DNA of 64,000 bases from Rhodospirillales bacterium (GCA_019689675.1 JADGGZ010000001.1:1912-65911); one strand, 5' to 3'; shown: positions 47,942-58,291, counted from the stretch's first letter. Notes: generated by a model not told the origin, from the sequence alone. Translations and numbers: made by a program.

Positions 47942-49117
47942 GTGACCGTTCTCTTCGCCATCGTCTTCATCGATCTCATCGGCTTCGGGCTCGTTATCCC
48001 GCTGCTGCCGTTCTACGCCGAGCTCCACGGCGCGTCGCCCGAGCTCGTGACGCTGGCGATGGCGAGCTACTCGGCCGCCCAGCTCGTCGCGGCGCCGGTT
48101 CTCGGACGGCTCAGCGACCGGTGGGGCCGTCGCCCGATCCTCATCGTCAGCCTCGCGGGCTCGACGCTATCGTATCTCTGGCTGGGCTTCGCGTACGGGC
48201 TCTGGGTGATCTTCGCCTCGCGCCTCCTCGCCGGTGCCTGCGCCGGCAACATCGCCGCGGCGCAGGCCTATATCGGCGACGTGACGCGGCCCGAGGAGCG
48301 CGCCCGCGGCATGGGCATGATCGGCGCCGCCTTCGGCCTCGGCTTCATCCTCGGGCCGGCGCTCGGCGGGCTTCTCGCCGGCAGCGAGCCGACGCCGCAG
48401 GCTCTGGCGCTGCCGGCCTTCGTCGCGGCCGGGCTCTCTTTCCTCGCGCTTCTCGGCGTCCTCTTCGTCCTGCCGGAAAGCCTCCCACCCGAACGCCGGG
48501 GCGCCCGGAGCAGGAAGCGCAGCGAAATGGTGCTCGATGCGCTGAGACGGCCCGAGATGCGCCGGCTCGTTCTTCTCTACTTCATCGTCATCGTCGCTTT
48601 CGCGGGCATGGAGACGACCTTCGCGATGTGGGCCGAGCGGCAGTTCGGCTGGGGGCCGGCCCAGGTCGGCGGCGTCCTCGCTTATGTCGGCGTGCTTTCC
48701 GCCGCCGTGCAGGGCGGCCTCATCGGGCGGCTCGCGCGCCGCTTCGGCGAGGAGCGGCTGCTGGTTGCGGGCCTGGCGGCGATCTGCGTGGGGCTCATCG
48801 TCACGCCGCTGGCGTACAGCCTTCCCGCGCTCCTCGGCGGAACCGCCTTCATGGCGCTCGGCATGGGGCTGACCCAGCCCTCGATCTCGAGCCTTCTCTC
48901 GCGCGCAGCCGGGCGCGAGCGCCAGGGCGAGACGATGGGCGTGGCCCAGTCGGCCGGCAGCTTCGCCCGGATCGTGGGCCCTGCGCTCGCCGGCGTGCTC
49001 TTCGGCGCCTTCGGGCGGCAGGCGCCGTTCTGGTCGGGCGCGCTCATCCTCGCCGTCGCCGTTCTCCTCGCCTGGCGGCTCGAAAGGCGCGACGCCCCCG
49101 CCGCGGCGCAACCGTGA
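47942..49117 (+). CDS. MFS transporter (Tet/TCR-like)
   Basis: FIDLIGFGLVIPLLPFYA, GRLSDRWGRRP, 12 TM helices, 391 aa, GTG start. Confidence 0.85.
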   Translation: MTVLFAIVFIDLIGFGLVIPLLPFYAELHGASPELVTLAMASYSAAQLVAAPVLGRLSDRWGRRPILIVSLAGSTLSYLWLGFAYGLWVIFASRLLAGACAGNIAAAQAYIGDVTRPEERARGMGMIGAAFGLGFILGPALGGLLAGSEPTPQALALPAFVAAGLSFLALLGVLFVLPESLPPERRGARSRKRSEMVLDALRRPEMRRLVLLYFIVIVAFAGMETTFAMWAERQFGWGPAQVGGVLAYVGVLSAAVQGGLIGRLARRFGEERLLVAGLAAICVGLIVTPLAYSLPALLGGTAFMALGMGLTQPSISSLLSRAAGRERQGETMGVAQSAGSFARIVGPALAGVLFGAFGRQAPFWSGALILAVAVLLAWRLERRDAPAAAQP

Positions 49118-50949
49118 CCGATCTCCGCGGCGGGCGCGAGCCGGTCCGGCCGAAGGGAACGACGCGCGAGGATCTGCGCAGCCTCGTCCGCCTCGCGCCC
49201 TATCTCTGGCCGAAGGGGGAGCTGGGGCTGCGCCTGCGCGTCCTCGCCGCCATCGGCTTCCTCGTCGCGGCGAAGCTCGTCAATGTCTATGTGCCGATCC
49301 TCTACAAGAAGGCGGTGGACGCGCTCTCGGGTCCCGAGATCGTCGTCGTCCCGGTGGCGCTCGTTCTCGGCTACGGCCTTGCCCGCGTCGGCGCGCAGAC
49401 CTTCGCCGAGCTTCGCGAGGCGATCTTCTCGCGTGTCGAGCAGCACGCGGTCCGTCTCGTCGGCCTCTCGACCTTCCGCCATCTGCACCGGCTTTCGCTC
49501 CGCTTCCATTTGGAGCGGCAGACCGGCGGCCTCTCGCGAGCGATCGAGCGCGGCATACGCGGCGTCGAGTTCCTGCTTTCGTTCATGCTCTTCAACCTCG
49601 TGCCGACGCTGTTCGAGATCCTGCTCGTCTGCGGCGTTCTCTGGCACTTCTACGAGGCGCGCTTCGCCGCGGTGACGTTCGTCACGGTCGTGGTCTACGT
49701 CGTCTACACGACCCTGATCACCGACTGGCGGGTCAAGTTCCGCCGAGAGATGAACGAGCGCGACAGCGAGGCGAACACCAAGGCGATCGACAGTCTCCTC
49801 AACTACGAGACGGTGAAGTACTTCGCGAACGAGGAGCACGAGGCGCAGCGCTTCGACCGCGCGCTCCGGGCCTATGAGCGCGCGGCCGTGAAGAGCCAGA
49901 CGACGCTCTCGCTCCTCAATGTCGGTCAGGGATTCGTCATCTCGATCGGGCTCGTGGCCGTCATGCTGATGGCCGGGCAAGGCGTCGTAAACGGGACGAT
50001 GACGGTCGGCGACTTCGTCCTGGTGAACACGTATCTCATCCAGCTCTACATGCCGCTCAACTTCCTCGGCATGGTCTACCGCAACATCAAGCAGTCGCTG
50101 ACCGATCTCGAGAAGATGTTCCAGCTTCTGGCCGTCCGGCCCGAGATCGAGGACAAGCCGGGAGCGCCGGCGCTCGCGGTGCCGCGCGGCGAGATCGTCT
50201 TCGAGGACGTGCATTTCCGCTACGACGAGCGCCGCCCGATCCTGAAGGGCGTGTCGTTCCGCGTGCCCCCCGGCCGCACGCTCGCGATCGTCGGCCCGTC
50301 GGGAAGCGGAAAGTCGACGATCGCTCGTCTCCTTTTCCGCTTCTACGACATCGAGCGCGGCGCGATCCGCATCGACGGCCAGGATATCCGCGACGTGACC
50401 CAGGACTCGCTCCGCCGCGCGATCGGCGTCGTGCCGCAGGACACCGTGCTCTTCAACGACACCATCCGCTACAACATCGCCTACGGCCGGCCGAGCGCGA
50501 CGGACGAGGAGATCGAGGCGGCCGCGCGTCTGGCGCGGATCGACGAGTTCGTGCGCCGCCTGCCGGACGGCTACGCGACTCCCGTGGGCGAGCGCGGCCT
50601 CAAGCTCTCCGGCGGCGAGAAGCAGCGCGTGGCGATCGCGCGCGTCATCCTCAAGGCGCCGAAGATCCTCGTCTTCGACGAGGCGACGAGCGCGCTCGAC
50701 ACGAAGACCGAGCGGGCGATCCAGGCGAGCCTCGACGAGGTCTCGGCCGACCGCACGACCCTCGTCATCGCGCACCGGCTCTCCACCGTCGTCGATGCGG
50801 ACGAAATTCTCGTTCTCGACGACGGGATCGTGCGTGAGCGCGGAACCCATGCCGAACTCCTCGCGCGCGGCGGCGCCTATGCCGAGATGTGGCGGCGGCA
50901 GCAGGAAGCGGACGCTCGTGCTGCCGCGCTCGCCGAGAGCGCCGAGTAG
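49114..50949 (+). CDS. ABC transporter permease/ATPase, Atm1/ABCB7/HMT1-like
   Basis: LAPYLWPKG...VAAKLVNVYVPILYKKAVDAL, Walker A GPSGSGKST, signature LSGGEKQR. The GTG overlaps the MFS stop (GTGA). Confidence 0.85.
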   Translation: MTDLRGGREPVRPKGTTREDLRSLVRLAPYLWPKGELGLRLRVLAAIGFLVAAKLVNVYVPILYKKAVDALSGPEIVVVPVALVLGYGLARVGAQTFAELREAIFSRVEQHAVRLVGLSTFRHLHRLSLRFHLERQTGGLSRAIERGIRGVEFLLSFMLFNLVPTLFEILLVCGVLWHFYEARFAAVTFVTVVVYVVYTTLITDWRVKFRREMNERDSEANTKAIDSLLNYETVKYFANEEHEAQRFDRALRAYERAAVKSQTTLSLLNVGQGFVISIGLVAVMLMAGQGVVNGTMTVGDFVLVNTYLIQLYMPLNFLGMVYRNIKQSLTDLEKMFQLLAVRPEIEDKPGAPALAVPRGEIVFEDVHFRYDERRPILKGVSFRVPPGRTLAIVGPSGSGKSTIARLLFRFYDIERGAIRIDGQDIRDVTQDSLRRAIGVVPQDTVLFNDTIRYNIAYGRPSATDEEIEAAARLARIDEFVRRLPDGYATPVGERGLKLSGGEKQRVAIARVILKAPKILVFDEATSALDTKTERAIQASLDEVSADRTTLVIAHRLSTVVDADEILVLDDGIVRERGTHAELLARGGAYAEMWRRQQEADARAAALAESAE

Positions 50950-50955
50950 CCGGCG

Positions 50956-52002
50956 ATGAGCGGGCTGGACGAGGGTGCACTCCGTCCTTTCCGTGCCGTC
51001 GCGGCTGATGCTAAGAGCCGCGGGATGGAAGAAACCGAGCGTCTTGCGGCGGCGCTGCGCGGCGGCGACCGGCGCGCCCTGGCGCGCGCGATTACGCTCA
51101 TCGAGTCGACGCGCGAGGATCACCGGCAGCGTGCCGAGGCGCTGCTCGCACGGCTTCTGCCCGGCCCGACCGGGACGATCCGGCTCGGCATCTCGGGCGT
51201 CCCCGGGGTCGGCAAGTCGAGCTTCATCGAGCGCTTCGGGCTCCACGCGATCGCCGCCGGCCATCGCGTCGCCGTGCTCGCTGTCGACCCTTCCTCCAAG
51301 CGCGGCGGCGGCTCGATTCTCGGCGACAAGACCCGCATGGCCGAGCTCGCGCGCCACCGCTCGGCCTTCATCCGCCCGTCGCCGGCCGGGACGACCCTCG
51401 GCGGCGTCGCACGGCGCACGCGCGAGGCGATGCTGCTCTGCGAGGCGGCCGGGTTCGACGTCGTCTTCATCGAGACGGTGGGTGTCGGACAATCGGAGAC
51501 GGCGGTCTCCGACCTCGTCGACATGTTCCTCCTGCTGCTGCTTCCGGCCGGCGGCGACGAGCTTCAGGGGGTGAAGCGGGGCATCGTCGAGCTCGCCGAC
51601 CTTATCCTCGTCAACAAGGCCGACGGAGAGCTCCGGCCGGCGGCGATGCGCACGGTCGCGGACTATCGCAATGCGCTCCGCCTCCTGCGCACGGGATCAA
51701 ACGCGTGGCGCCCCGAGGTCCTCGCGGTTTCCGCGCTCGAAGGCACCGGGATCGAGGCCGCCTGGGATCTGGTTCTGCGCCACCACGCGGCGACAGAGGC
51801 CTCGGGCGAGCGCCAGCGCCGCCGGGCCGAGCAGGCGCGGGCGGCACTCTGGGCCGAGCTCGCCGAAAGCCTTGTCGAGCGGCTGCGCGCCGATCCGCGG
51901 GTCGCGGCTGCGCTGCCGGCGCTCGAGGCCAAGGTGAGCGCCGGCGCGGCCAGCCCCTCGGCCGCGGCGCGCGAGATCCTGGCCCGGTTCCTCGAGGCTT
52001 GA
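50956..52002 (+). CDS. meaB: methylmalonyl-CoA mutase-associated G3E GTPase MeaB/ArgK
   Basis: [34 protein letters not shown]. An alternative start is at 51025. Confidence 0.85.
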   Translation: MSGLDEGALRPFRAVAADAKSRGMEETERLAAALRGGDRRALARAITLIESTREDHRQRAEALLARLLPGPTGTIRLGISGVPGVGKSSFIERFGLHAIAAGHRVAVLAVDPSSKRGGGSILGDKTRMAELARHRSAFIRPSPAGTTLGGVARRTREAMLLCEAAGFDVVFIETVGVGQSETAVSDLVDMFLLLLLPAGGDELQGVKRGIVELADLILVNKADGELRPAAMRTVADYRNALRLLRTGSNAWRPEVLAVSALEGTGIEAAWDLVLRHHAATEASGERQRRRAEQARAALWAELAESLVERLRADPRVAAALPALEAKVSAGAASPSAAAREILARFLEA

Positions 52003-52061
52003 CGCGCGCGCACCGAACCCTTAGAAAGCGCGGCTTTCCGAGAGATCCCCAAAGGTCACCC

Positions 52062-52364
52062 ATGTCGCGCAAGTGCACGATCACCGGCAAGGGCGTGCAG
52101 GTCGGTCACAACGTCAGCCACGCCAACAACAAGACGAAGCGGCGCTTCCTGCCCAATCTGCAGACCGTGTCGCTCCAGTCCGACGTCCTCGGCGTGCCCG
52201 TGCGTCTGCGCCTCTCCACGCGCGCCATCCGCACGATCGAAAAGCAGGGGGGTCTCGACGCCTTCCTCAGCGAAACGCCCGCCTCCAAGCTCAGCGAGGA
52301 GGCGCGGCGCCTCAAGCGCCGGCTCGAAGCTTCGCGCGCGAAGAAAGAGGGCGCTGCCGCCTGA
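52062..52364 (+). CDS. rpmB: 50S ribosomal protein L28
   Basis: [34 protein letters not shown]..., 100 aa. Confidence 0.95.
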   Translation: MSRKCTITGKGVQVGHNVSHANNKTKRRFLPNLQTVSLQSDVLGVPVRLRLSTRAIRTIEKQGGLDAFLSETPASKLSEEARRLKRRLEASRAKKEGAAA

Positions 52365-53140
52365 GCCGGGCGGAGGACATCGCACTCTGGCTGTTCGAGC
52401 GCCGCCGCTCGAAGCAGCAGCTGCTGCCGCTTCCTCAGGAGCTGCGTCCCGCCGGCATAGACGAGGCCTACGCCGCCCAGGAGGCCTTGCACGGCCTTTA
52501 CAGCCGTAGCGGGCGCGGGGCGATCGGCGGCGCCAAGGTCGCGATCACGACGGCCGTGATGCAGCGGCTGATGAAGATCGGCGAGCCCTGCGGCGGTGCC
52601 GTCTTCGCCGGAGAGATCTACCGATCGCCCGCGACGCTTCGCATGGCCGATTTCGGCCGCGTCGCCGTGGAATGCGAGATCGCGGTGACGCTCGGCCGCG
52701 ACCTTCCGGGCGGCCAGAGCCGGGACGAGGTCGCGGAGGCGATCGAGTCCTGCCATGCCGCGATCGAGCTCATCGACGACGCGCGTGCCGAGTACGGGCT
52801 CTTCGATGCTTTGAACCTCATCGCCGACAATGCCTGGAATGCGGGCCTCGTGCTGGGCCCGCCAGTGAAGGAGTGGCGCCACCTCGATCTCGCGTCGCTC
52901 GCCGGCACGATGACGGTCGGCGGACGCCTCGCCGGGCGCGGGACGGGCGCGGACGTGCTCGGCCACCCGCTGAACGCCCTGGTCTGGCTCGCGGACACGC
53001 TCGCGCGACGTGGAAGGCCGCTGCGCGCAGGCATGGTGATCACCACCGGCAGCATCGTCGCGACGCAATGGCCGCAGCCCGGCGAAACCGTCGAGGTCGA
53101 CATCGAGGCGCTCGGCAAGGCGATGGCATCGTTCGTCTGA
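52361..53140 (+). CDS. 2-keto-4-pentenoate hydratase (MhpD)-like / FAH-fold hydratase
   Basis: [11 protein letters not shown]...GAKVAITT...ECEIAV...VITTGS. There is no in-frame ATG/GTG/TTG between 52073 (inside rpmB) and about 52484. The start is placed provisionally at CTG 52361, which overlaps the rpmB stop. Confidence 0.65.
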   Translation: MSRAEDIALWLFERRRSKQQLLPLPQELRPAGIDEAYAAQEALHGLYSRSGRGAIGGAKVAITTAVMQRLMKIGEPCGGAVFAGEIYRSPATLRMADFGRVAVECEIAVTLGRDLPGGQSRDEVAEAIESCHAAIELIDDARAEYGLFDALNLIADNAWNAGLVLGPPVKEWRHLDLASLAGTMTVGGRLAGRGTGADVLGHPLNALVWLADTLARRGRPLRAGMVITTGSIVATQWPQPGETVEVDIEALGKAMASFV

Positions 53141-53194
53141 TCGCGTGAACGGCCTTTATCAGGGTCGACGGGTTCGAGGCAGCAGCCCGAGCTT

Positions 53195-54136
53195 CTATTT
53201 CGCCAGCAGCGTCTTCGGCAGCATCGCATGGACGCCCTTGTTGCCGTCGACGAGCTGCGTCACCCGAAGATCGACGGCGAGGCTGCAGGTCATGTAGGCG
53301 TCGATCGGCGAAAGGCCGGCGGCTTCGCCGAGGAACGCGATCATCTCCCGCAGGGCCTGCTTCGCCGCGTCGTCGAGATCCTCGTTGAGCCCGAGGGCGA
53401 TGTGATGCGTCGGCGTCTCCGCCCGCGGCATGGCGAGCTTCATGTCCTTGCGGAGAACGAGACGGAACGTGCCGGCGAGCGCCGTTTCGAGCGCGGTGAG
53501 GCAAACCTCGCCGTCGCCCTGGACCCCGTGCCCGTCGCCGACCGAGAAGAGCGCACCCGGCGCCCAAACCGGAAGGTAGAGCGTCGTGCCGGCGACGAGC
53601 TCCTTCAGGTCGATGTTGCCGCCGAATTCGCGCGGGACGATCGACGTGACGGCGCCGTAGACCGGCGGCGGCGCCACGCCCATGACGCCGAAGAACGGGC
53701 TGAGGCGTATCTCCTTGCCCCAGGGCAGGGTCGCCGTGCCGCGCTGACGGTCGATCGCGACGTGCCAGAGCTTCCGCTGCGGAAAGTCCTCCGGGAGCGT
53801 TCCGGCGAGCGGCCGGACGATCGTCCAGCCCCAATTCTGCCGACAGTCGATCGAAAGAATCTGCACCTCCAGCACGTCGCCGGGCTCGGCGTGTTCGACC
53901 GCGACCGGGCCGGTGAGGATGTGCCCGGGAAAAAGAGGGCGCAGCGTCCCGAGAATGTCGCGGTGCTCGGACAGAACCTCGAAGGGCGGCGGCGGCAGCA
54001 CCTCCTCGGACCCGGAGACGCACTCGATCGTGACGGTGTCGCCGGAGCGGAGCGTCAGGACCGGTTCGAGCTTCGCGTCGAAATAGCCCCAATGGCAGGT
54101 CGCCGGGCTCGAACGGAGGGTGTGGTGGCGAGACAT
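53195..54136 (-). CDS. acetamidase/formamidase family protein
   Basis: 313 aa: CHWGYFDA, GPVAVEHAEPGDVLEVQI, GNIDLKEL, GDGHGVQGDGEV. Confidence 0.85.
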   Translation of the reverse strand: MSRHHTLRSSPATCHWGYFDAKLEPVLTLRSGDTVTIECVSGSEEVLPPPPFEVLSEHRDILGTLRPLFPGHILTGPVAVEHAEPGDVLEVQILSIDCRQNWGWTIVRPLAGTLPEDFPQRKLWHVAIDRQRGTATLPWGKEIRLSPFFGVMGVAPPPVYGAVTSIVPREFGGNIDLKELVAGTTLYLPVWAPGALFSVGDGHGVQGDGEVCLTALETALAGTFRLVLRKDMKLAMPRAETPTHHIALGLNEDLDDAAKQALREMIAFLGEAAGLSPIDAYMTCSLAVDLRVTQLVDGNKGVHAMLPKTLLAK

Positions 54137-54180
54137 GCGGCCGATGATGCCTTCCGCCGCCCTCGCGGTCACGCGATGCG

Positions 54181-55524
54181 TTACTTGCCGCCGAGAGCCT
54201 CGACCGCGCGCTGTACGAGCTTGGCGTCGTCGCTGTCCGGCGGCAGCAAAGCGAGGAGCCGGCGCCATTGTGCAAGCGCCTGCTCCTTGTCGTGGCGCTG
54301 CGCGGCGGCAAGGCCGAGGTACCAGAGCGCCTCGGTGTTTTCGGGATCGATCTCCGCGACCTTGCGCATGTCGGCGAGGAAGGCCTCGGGAAGCGGCTTC
54401 TCGGGGGCGGCGCCGCCTTCCTTGTCGAGCAAAGCACGCGCGTGGTCGAGAAGCGCCTCTTTGTCGCCCGGCCGCAGCGCCACGACCCGCGCCAGCGCGC
54501 TCTCCGCCTTCTCTTTCTCGCCCAGGACGCGATAGGCGCGGCCAAGGCGTTGCCATCCGGCGGCGTCATCGGGCGACTCGGCGAGACGCGCGGCAAGGTT
54601 GTCGACCATCGAGCGGATCATCTTCATCCGCTCCTCGGGGCTCATCCGCTCTGCCGCGGAAATGTCCGCCGAGGAAGGGCCGCGCTGCGCCTCCGGAACG
54701 GGGAGGCCGGCGGCACGCGCCGTCTCTTCGATCCGCTGCCGCAGCATGGCGCGCCACGGGGCGTCGGCGGGCGTGTCGGCCTCCAACTGGCGCCAGGCCT
54801 CGATCGCGTCCGCCGGGCGCCCCGCCTGCGCGGCCGCAAGCGCGAGGTAGTAGCGCGCCGGCGCATTGCCGGGGTCCTTGGCGGCCGCGGTTTCGAAGGC
54901 CTTCCGCGCGGCCGGGGTCACGATGCCGTTGCTCGAGAGCACGAGCATCTCCCCGTACCCCGCCGCCGCATCCGCCCGGTCGTCCGTGAGAGCCATGGCG
55001 CGACGGTAGGACTCCGCCGCCGCCTGATACCGTTCCAGCGCCGCTTGGGCGCGGGCGAGAAGGACCCAGCCCTCGGCATCCTCGGGGTTCTTCTCGACCC
55101 GGTCGGCGAGGCGCTCGGCCGAGAGGGCGAGGCCCTTCGGCGCGCCCGGCGGCACGCGCGCGGCGATCGGCTGATCCGGGACGCCCGGCGAGCCGATCGC
55201 GAGATAGACGGATCCCGCGGCGACCGCCACCGCGACGCCGACGGCGCCGAGCCAAAGAGGCTTTCTACCCTGGACCTCGACGGCGGCAGCCTCGTCGGAG
55301 GTCGCGAGCAAGCGCCGCTCGACCTCGAGACGCGCCGAAGCGGCCTCGGCCGGCGTCAGCACGCCTCGCTCGACCTCGCGCTCGATCTCCGCGAGCTGAT
55401 CCTTGTAGACGGCCCGGTCATAGGCGCTCCGGCCGCGCGATGCCTTCGGCGGGCGCAGCGCGGGCAGAAGGACGAGGGCCACCGCCAGCAGGCTGAAGAG
55501 AGCCGCGAAGACCCAGAACATCAT
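54181..55524 (-). CDS. ccmI: c-type cytochrome biogenesis protein CcmI (CycH)
   Basis: N-terminal TM, YKDQLAEIEREVERGVL, a second TM, then TPR repeats. Confidence 0.85.
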   Translation of the reverse strand: MMFWVFAALFSLLAVALVLLPALRPPKASRGRSAYDRAVYKDQLAEIEREVERGVLTPAEAASARLEVERRLLATSDEAAAVEVQGRKPLWLGAVGVAVAVAAGSVYLAIGSPGVPDQPIAARVPPGAPKGLALSAERLADRVEKNPEDAEGWVLLARAQAALERYQAAAESYRRAMALTDDRADAAAGYGEMLVLSSNGIVTPAARKAFETAAAKDPGNAPARYYLALAAAQAGRPADAIEAWRQLEADTPADAPWRAMLRQRIEETARAAGLPVPEAQRGPSSADISAAERMSPEERMKMIRSMVDNLAARLAESPDDAAGWQRLGRAYRVLGEKEKAESALARVVALRPGDKEALLDHARALLDKEGGAAPEKPLPEAFLADMRKVAEIDPENTEALWYLGLAAAQRHDKEQALAQWRRLLALLPPDSDDAKLVQRAVEALGGK

Positions 55525-55973
55525 CCGTCGAGAAGGCTTTCGAGCCGGCGCCGTTCCTCAGGCGAGAGCGGCGCGGTCGGTTCCGGGCGCGCGCGGCGGC
55601 GGCGGAAGTAGACAGCCACCGCGATCGCGCCGAGCGCGAGCACCACGGCGGGCGCGAACCACATCGGCCAGGTAACCGGCTTCACGGGCGGCCGGAGAAG
55701 GACGAAGTCGCCGTAACGCGCGACGATCCAATCGATCACCTGCTCGTTCGTGTCGCCCGCTTTCAGCCGCTCGCGCACAATGATGCGCAGGTCATGCGCG
55801 AGATCGGCGTCGGAATCGTCGATCGACTGGTTCTGGCAGACCAGGCATCGCAGCTCCTGGCTGATCTCCCTCGCGCGCGCCTCGAGCGCAGGATCGGCGA
55901 GCCGCTCCTGGGGCGTCACCGCGACAGCCGGGACCGCGAGCAGGAGCAGGAGCAGGAAGGCCCCGATTTTCAC
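55521..55973 (-). CDS. ccmH: cytochrome c-type biogenesis protein CcmH (CycL)
   Basis: Signal peptide, LRCLVCQNQSIDDSDA motif, C-terminal TM. 4-nt overlap with ccmI. Confidence 0.9.
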   Translation of the reverse strand: MKIGAFLLLLLLAVPAVAVTPQERLADPALEARAREISQELRCLVCQNQSIDDSDADLAHDLRIIVRERLKAGDTNEQVIDWIVARYGDFVLLRPPVKPVTWPMWFAPAVVLALGAIAVAVYFRRRRARPEPTAPLSPEERRRLESLLDG

Positions 55974-56029
55974 AGCGCTTCAGATAGAGTTTGCGGGTTC
56001 GAGGCGCAATCGCCGCCTCGGGGCGGGCG

Positions 56030-57508
56030 TCAGATGCCGAACGCCTTTTCGCGCCGGCGTTGCACCGAGGAAGGAATGCGCAGGGACTCGCGGTACTTGG
56101 CGACTGTGCGCCGGGCGATGTCGATCCCCTCCGCCTTCAGGATCTCGACGATCCTCTCGTCCGAGAGGACGTCGTCGGCGGTTTCCGAATCGATCAGGCT
56201 CTTGATTCGGAAGCGGACCGCCTCGGCCGAGTGCGCATCGCCGCCGCCCGCGGCCGGAATCGCGGACGTGAAAAAATACTTCAGCTCGAAAATGCCGCGC
56301 GGCGTCTGCATGTACTTGTTCGTCGTCACGCGGCTCACCGTGCTCTCGTGCATCGAGATCGCATCGGCGATGTCGCGCAGGATGAGCGGCCGGAGGTGCT
56401 GCACGCCCCATAGGAAGAATGCTTCCTGCTGCCGCACGATCTCGGTAGCCACCTTGAGAATCGTGGTCGCGCGCTGATGCAGGGACTTCACCAGCCAGTT
56501 CGCCGACTGCAGGCGCTCGGCGAGGTATTCGCGCTCCCTTCTGTCCTTGGCGGCCCGGCTCACCTTGGCGTAGTAGCGCTGGTTCACCAGCACCCGCGGC
56601 AGGGTCTCGGTGTTGAGCTCGACATGCCAGCCGCCGCCGGGCAGCGGCCGCATCAGGATGTCGGGGGTGATCGGCGGCGCTTCGTCCGTGCCGAAGGCGA
56701 AGCCGGGCTTCGGATCGAGGGCCTTGATCTCCGCGATCATCTCCGCGAGGTCTTCGGCGTCGACCTCGCAAATGCGCATGAGCTGGGCGACGTCGCGGCT
56801 GGCGAGAAGCGGGAGGTTCTCGATCAGCCTCTGCATCGCCGGATCGAGGCGATCGCGCTCGCGGAGCTGAATCGCAAGGCACTCGGCGAGATTGCGCGCG
56901 CAGACACCCGGAGGGTCGAAGCGCTGCAGGCGGGCGAGGGTCTCCTCGACGCGCTCGACAGGGCAGCCGAGCCGGCCGGCTACCTGCGCGAGATCGCCGG
57001 TGACGTAGCCGGCCTCGTCGACGAGCTCGACGAGGTTCATGGCGATCATTCGGTCGGCGGGATCGTGGAACTCGACATTAATCTGGCCGACAAGGTGGTC
57101 GCGCAGCGTGATTCCGTGCGCGACGGCTCGCTCGATCCCGGGCGCTTCGGCGCCGTCGAGTGCCGCGCCCCGCGTCCGCCACGCCTCGGGATCGCCGCCG
57201 AAATCCTGATCGCCCGCGCCTTCGCTGCCGGCCTCGGCCTGCCAGAGCTCGGCCGCCTCGATTGCCGCCTCGATTGCCGCCTCGCTCGCCTCGTCGCCGA
57301 CGTCCGGCTCGGCCATGCCCTCGTGGGCTGGCTCGCCCGACGGCTCGCGTTCGTCGCGCTCGAGAAGCGGATTCTGCTCGAGCTCGCTCTCGATGTACTG
57401 GGCGAGCTCGAGATTCGAGAGCTGCAGCAGCTTGATCGCCTGCTGCAGTTGCGGCGTCATGACGAGCGCCTGCGTCTGCCGCAGGTCGAGGCGCTGCACG
57501 AGAGCCAT
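56030..57508 (-). CDS. rpoN: RNA polymerase sigma-54 factor
   Basis: MALVQRLDLRQTQALVMTPQLQQAIKLLQLSNLEL..., an acidic region II, and a C-terminal RpoN box (ARRTVAKYR). Confidence 0.95.
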   Translation of the reverse strand: MALVQRLDLRQTQALVMTPQLQQAIKLLQLSNLELAQYIESELEQNPLLERDEREPSGEPAHEGMAEPDVGDEASEAAIEAAIEAAELWQAEAGSEGAGDQDFGGDPEAWRTRGAALDGAEAPGIERAVAHGITLRDHLVGQINVEFHDPADRMIAMNLVELVDEAGYVTGDLAQVAGRLGCPVERVEETLARLQRFDPPGVCARNLAECLAIQLRERDRLDPAMQRLIENLPLLASRDVAQLMRICEVDAEDLAEMIAEIKALDPKPGFAFGTDEAPPITPDILMRPLPGGGWHVELNTETLPRVLVNQRYYAKVSRAAKDRREREYLAERLQSANWLVKSLHQRATTILKVATEIVRQQEAFFLWGVQHLRPLILRDIADAISMHESTVSRVTTNKYMQTPRGIFELKYFFTSAIPAAGGGDAHSAEAVRFRIKSLIDSETADDVLSDERIVEILKAEGIDIARRTVAKYRESLRIPSSVQRRREKAFGI

Positions 57509-57520
57509 GGTTAAGTCGTT

Positions 57521-58291
57521 CTAAAGGCTGAACCTTTCGCCGAGGTAAACGCGCCTGACATCGGCGTCGGCGACGATCTCCCCGGGTCGACCCTCCATGA
57601 GCACGCGCCCCTCGTGAAGAATGTAGGCGCGATCGACGATATCGAGCGTCTCGCGCACGTTGTGGTCGGTGATGAGGACGCCGATTCCTCGATCCTTGAG
57701 ATGCGCGACGAGCTCGCGAATGTCGTTGACGGCGATCGGGTCGATTCCCGCGAGCGGCTCGTCGAGCAAAATGAAATGCGGCTGCGTGGCGAGCGCACGC
57801 GCGATCTCGACGCGGCGCCGCTCGCCGCCCGAAAGCGCCATCGCCGGCGCCCGGCGAAGATGCGTGATCGAGAACTCGGCGAGGAGGGCGTCGAGCGTCG
57901 CCTCGCGGGCGTCCTTCAACGGTTCCACGACCTCGAGCACGGCGCGGATGTTCTGCTCGACCGACAGGCCCCGGAAGATCGAAGCTTCCTGCGGCAGGTA
58001 GCCGATTCCGAGACGGGCGCGGCGGTACATGGGCAGGTCCGTGATGTCCTGCCCGTCGAGCTGCACCGTTCCGACGTCGGGCGAGATAAGCCCGGTGATG
58101 ATGTAGAAGCAGGTCGTCTTGCCGGCGCCGTTCGGGCCGAGCAGCCCGACGGCTTCGCCGCGCTGAACCGAGACCGAGACGTCGCGCAGCACCGGCCGCT
58201 TCTTGAAGCTCTTCCCGAGATTGCGCGCCGCCAGCCCGGCATTGTCCGTGACAAGGCGGATCGGGCGGCGCGATGCCTCGTCGCCCTTCAT
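57521..58291 (-). CDS. lptB: LPS export ABC transporter ATP-binding protein LptB
   Basis: [28 protein letters not shown], 256 aa. Confidence 0.9.
   Translation of the reverse strand: MKGDEASRRPIRLVTDNAGLAARNLGKSFKKRPVLRDVSVSVQRGEAVGLLGPNGAGKTTCFYIITGLISPDVGTVQLDGQDITDLPMYRRARLGIGYLPQEASIFRGLSVEQNIRAVLEVVEPLKDAREATLDALLAEFSITHLRRAPAMALSGGERRRVEIARALATQPHFILLDEPLAGIDPIAVNDIRELVAHLKDRGIGVLITDHNVRETLDIVDRAYILHEGRVLMEGRPGEIVADADVRRVYLGERFSL

Noticed and set aside
48682-51492. 936-aa minus-strand ORF antisense to the MFS, Atm1-like and MeaB genes
   Set aside because: It is a shadow ORF. The plus-strand genes carry Walker, signature and G3E motifs, and the minus-strand product has none.
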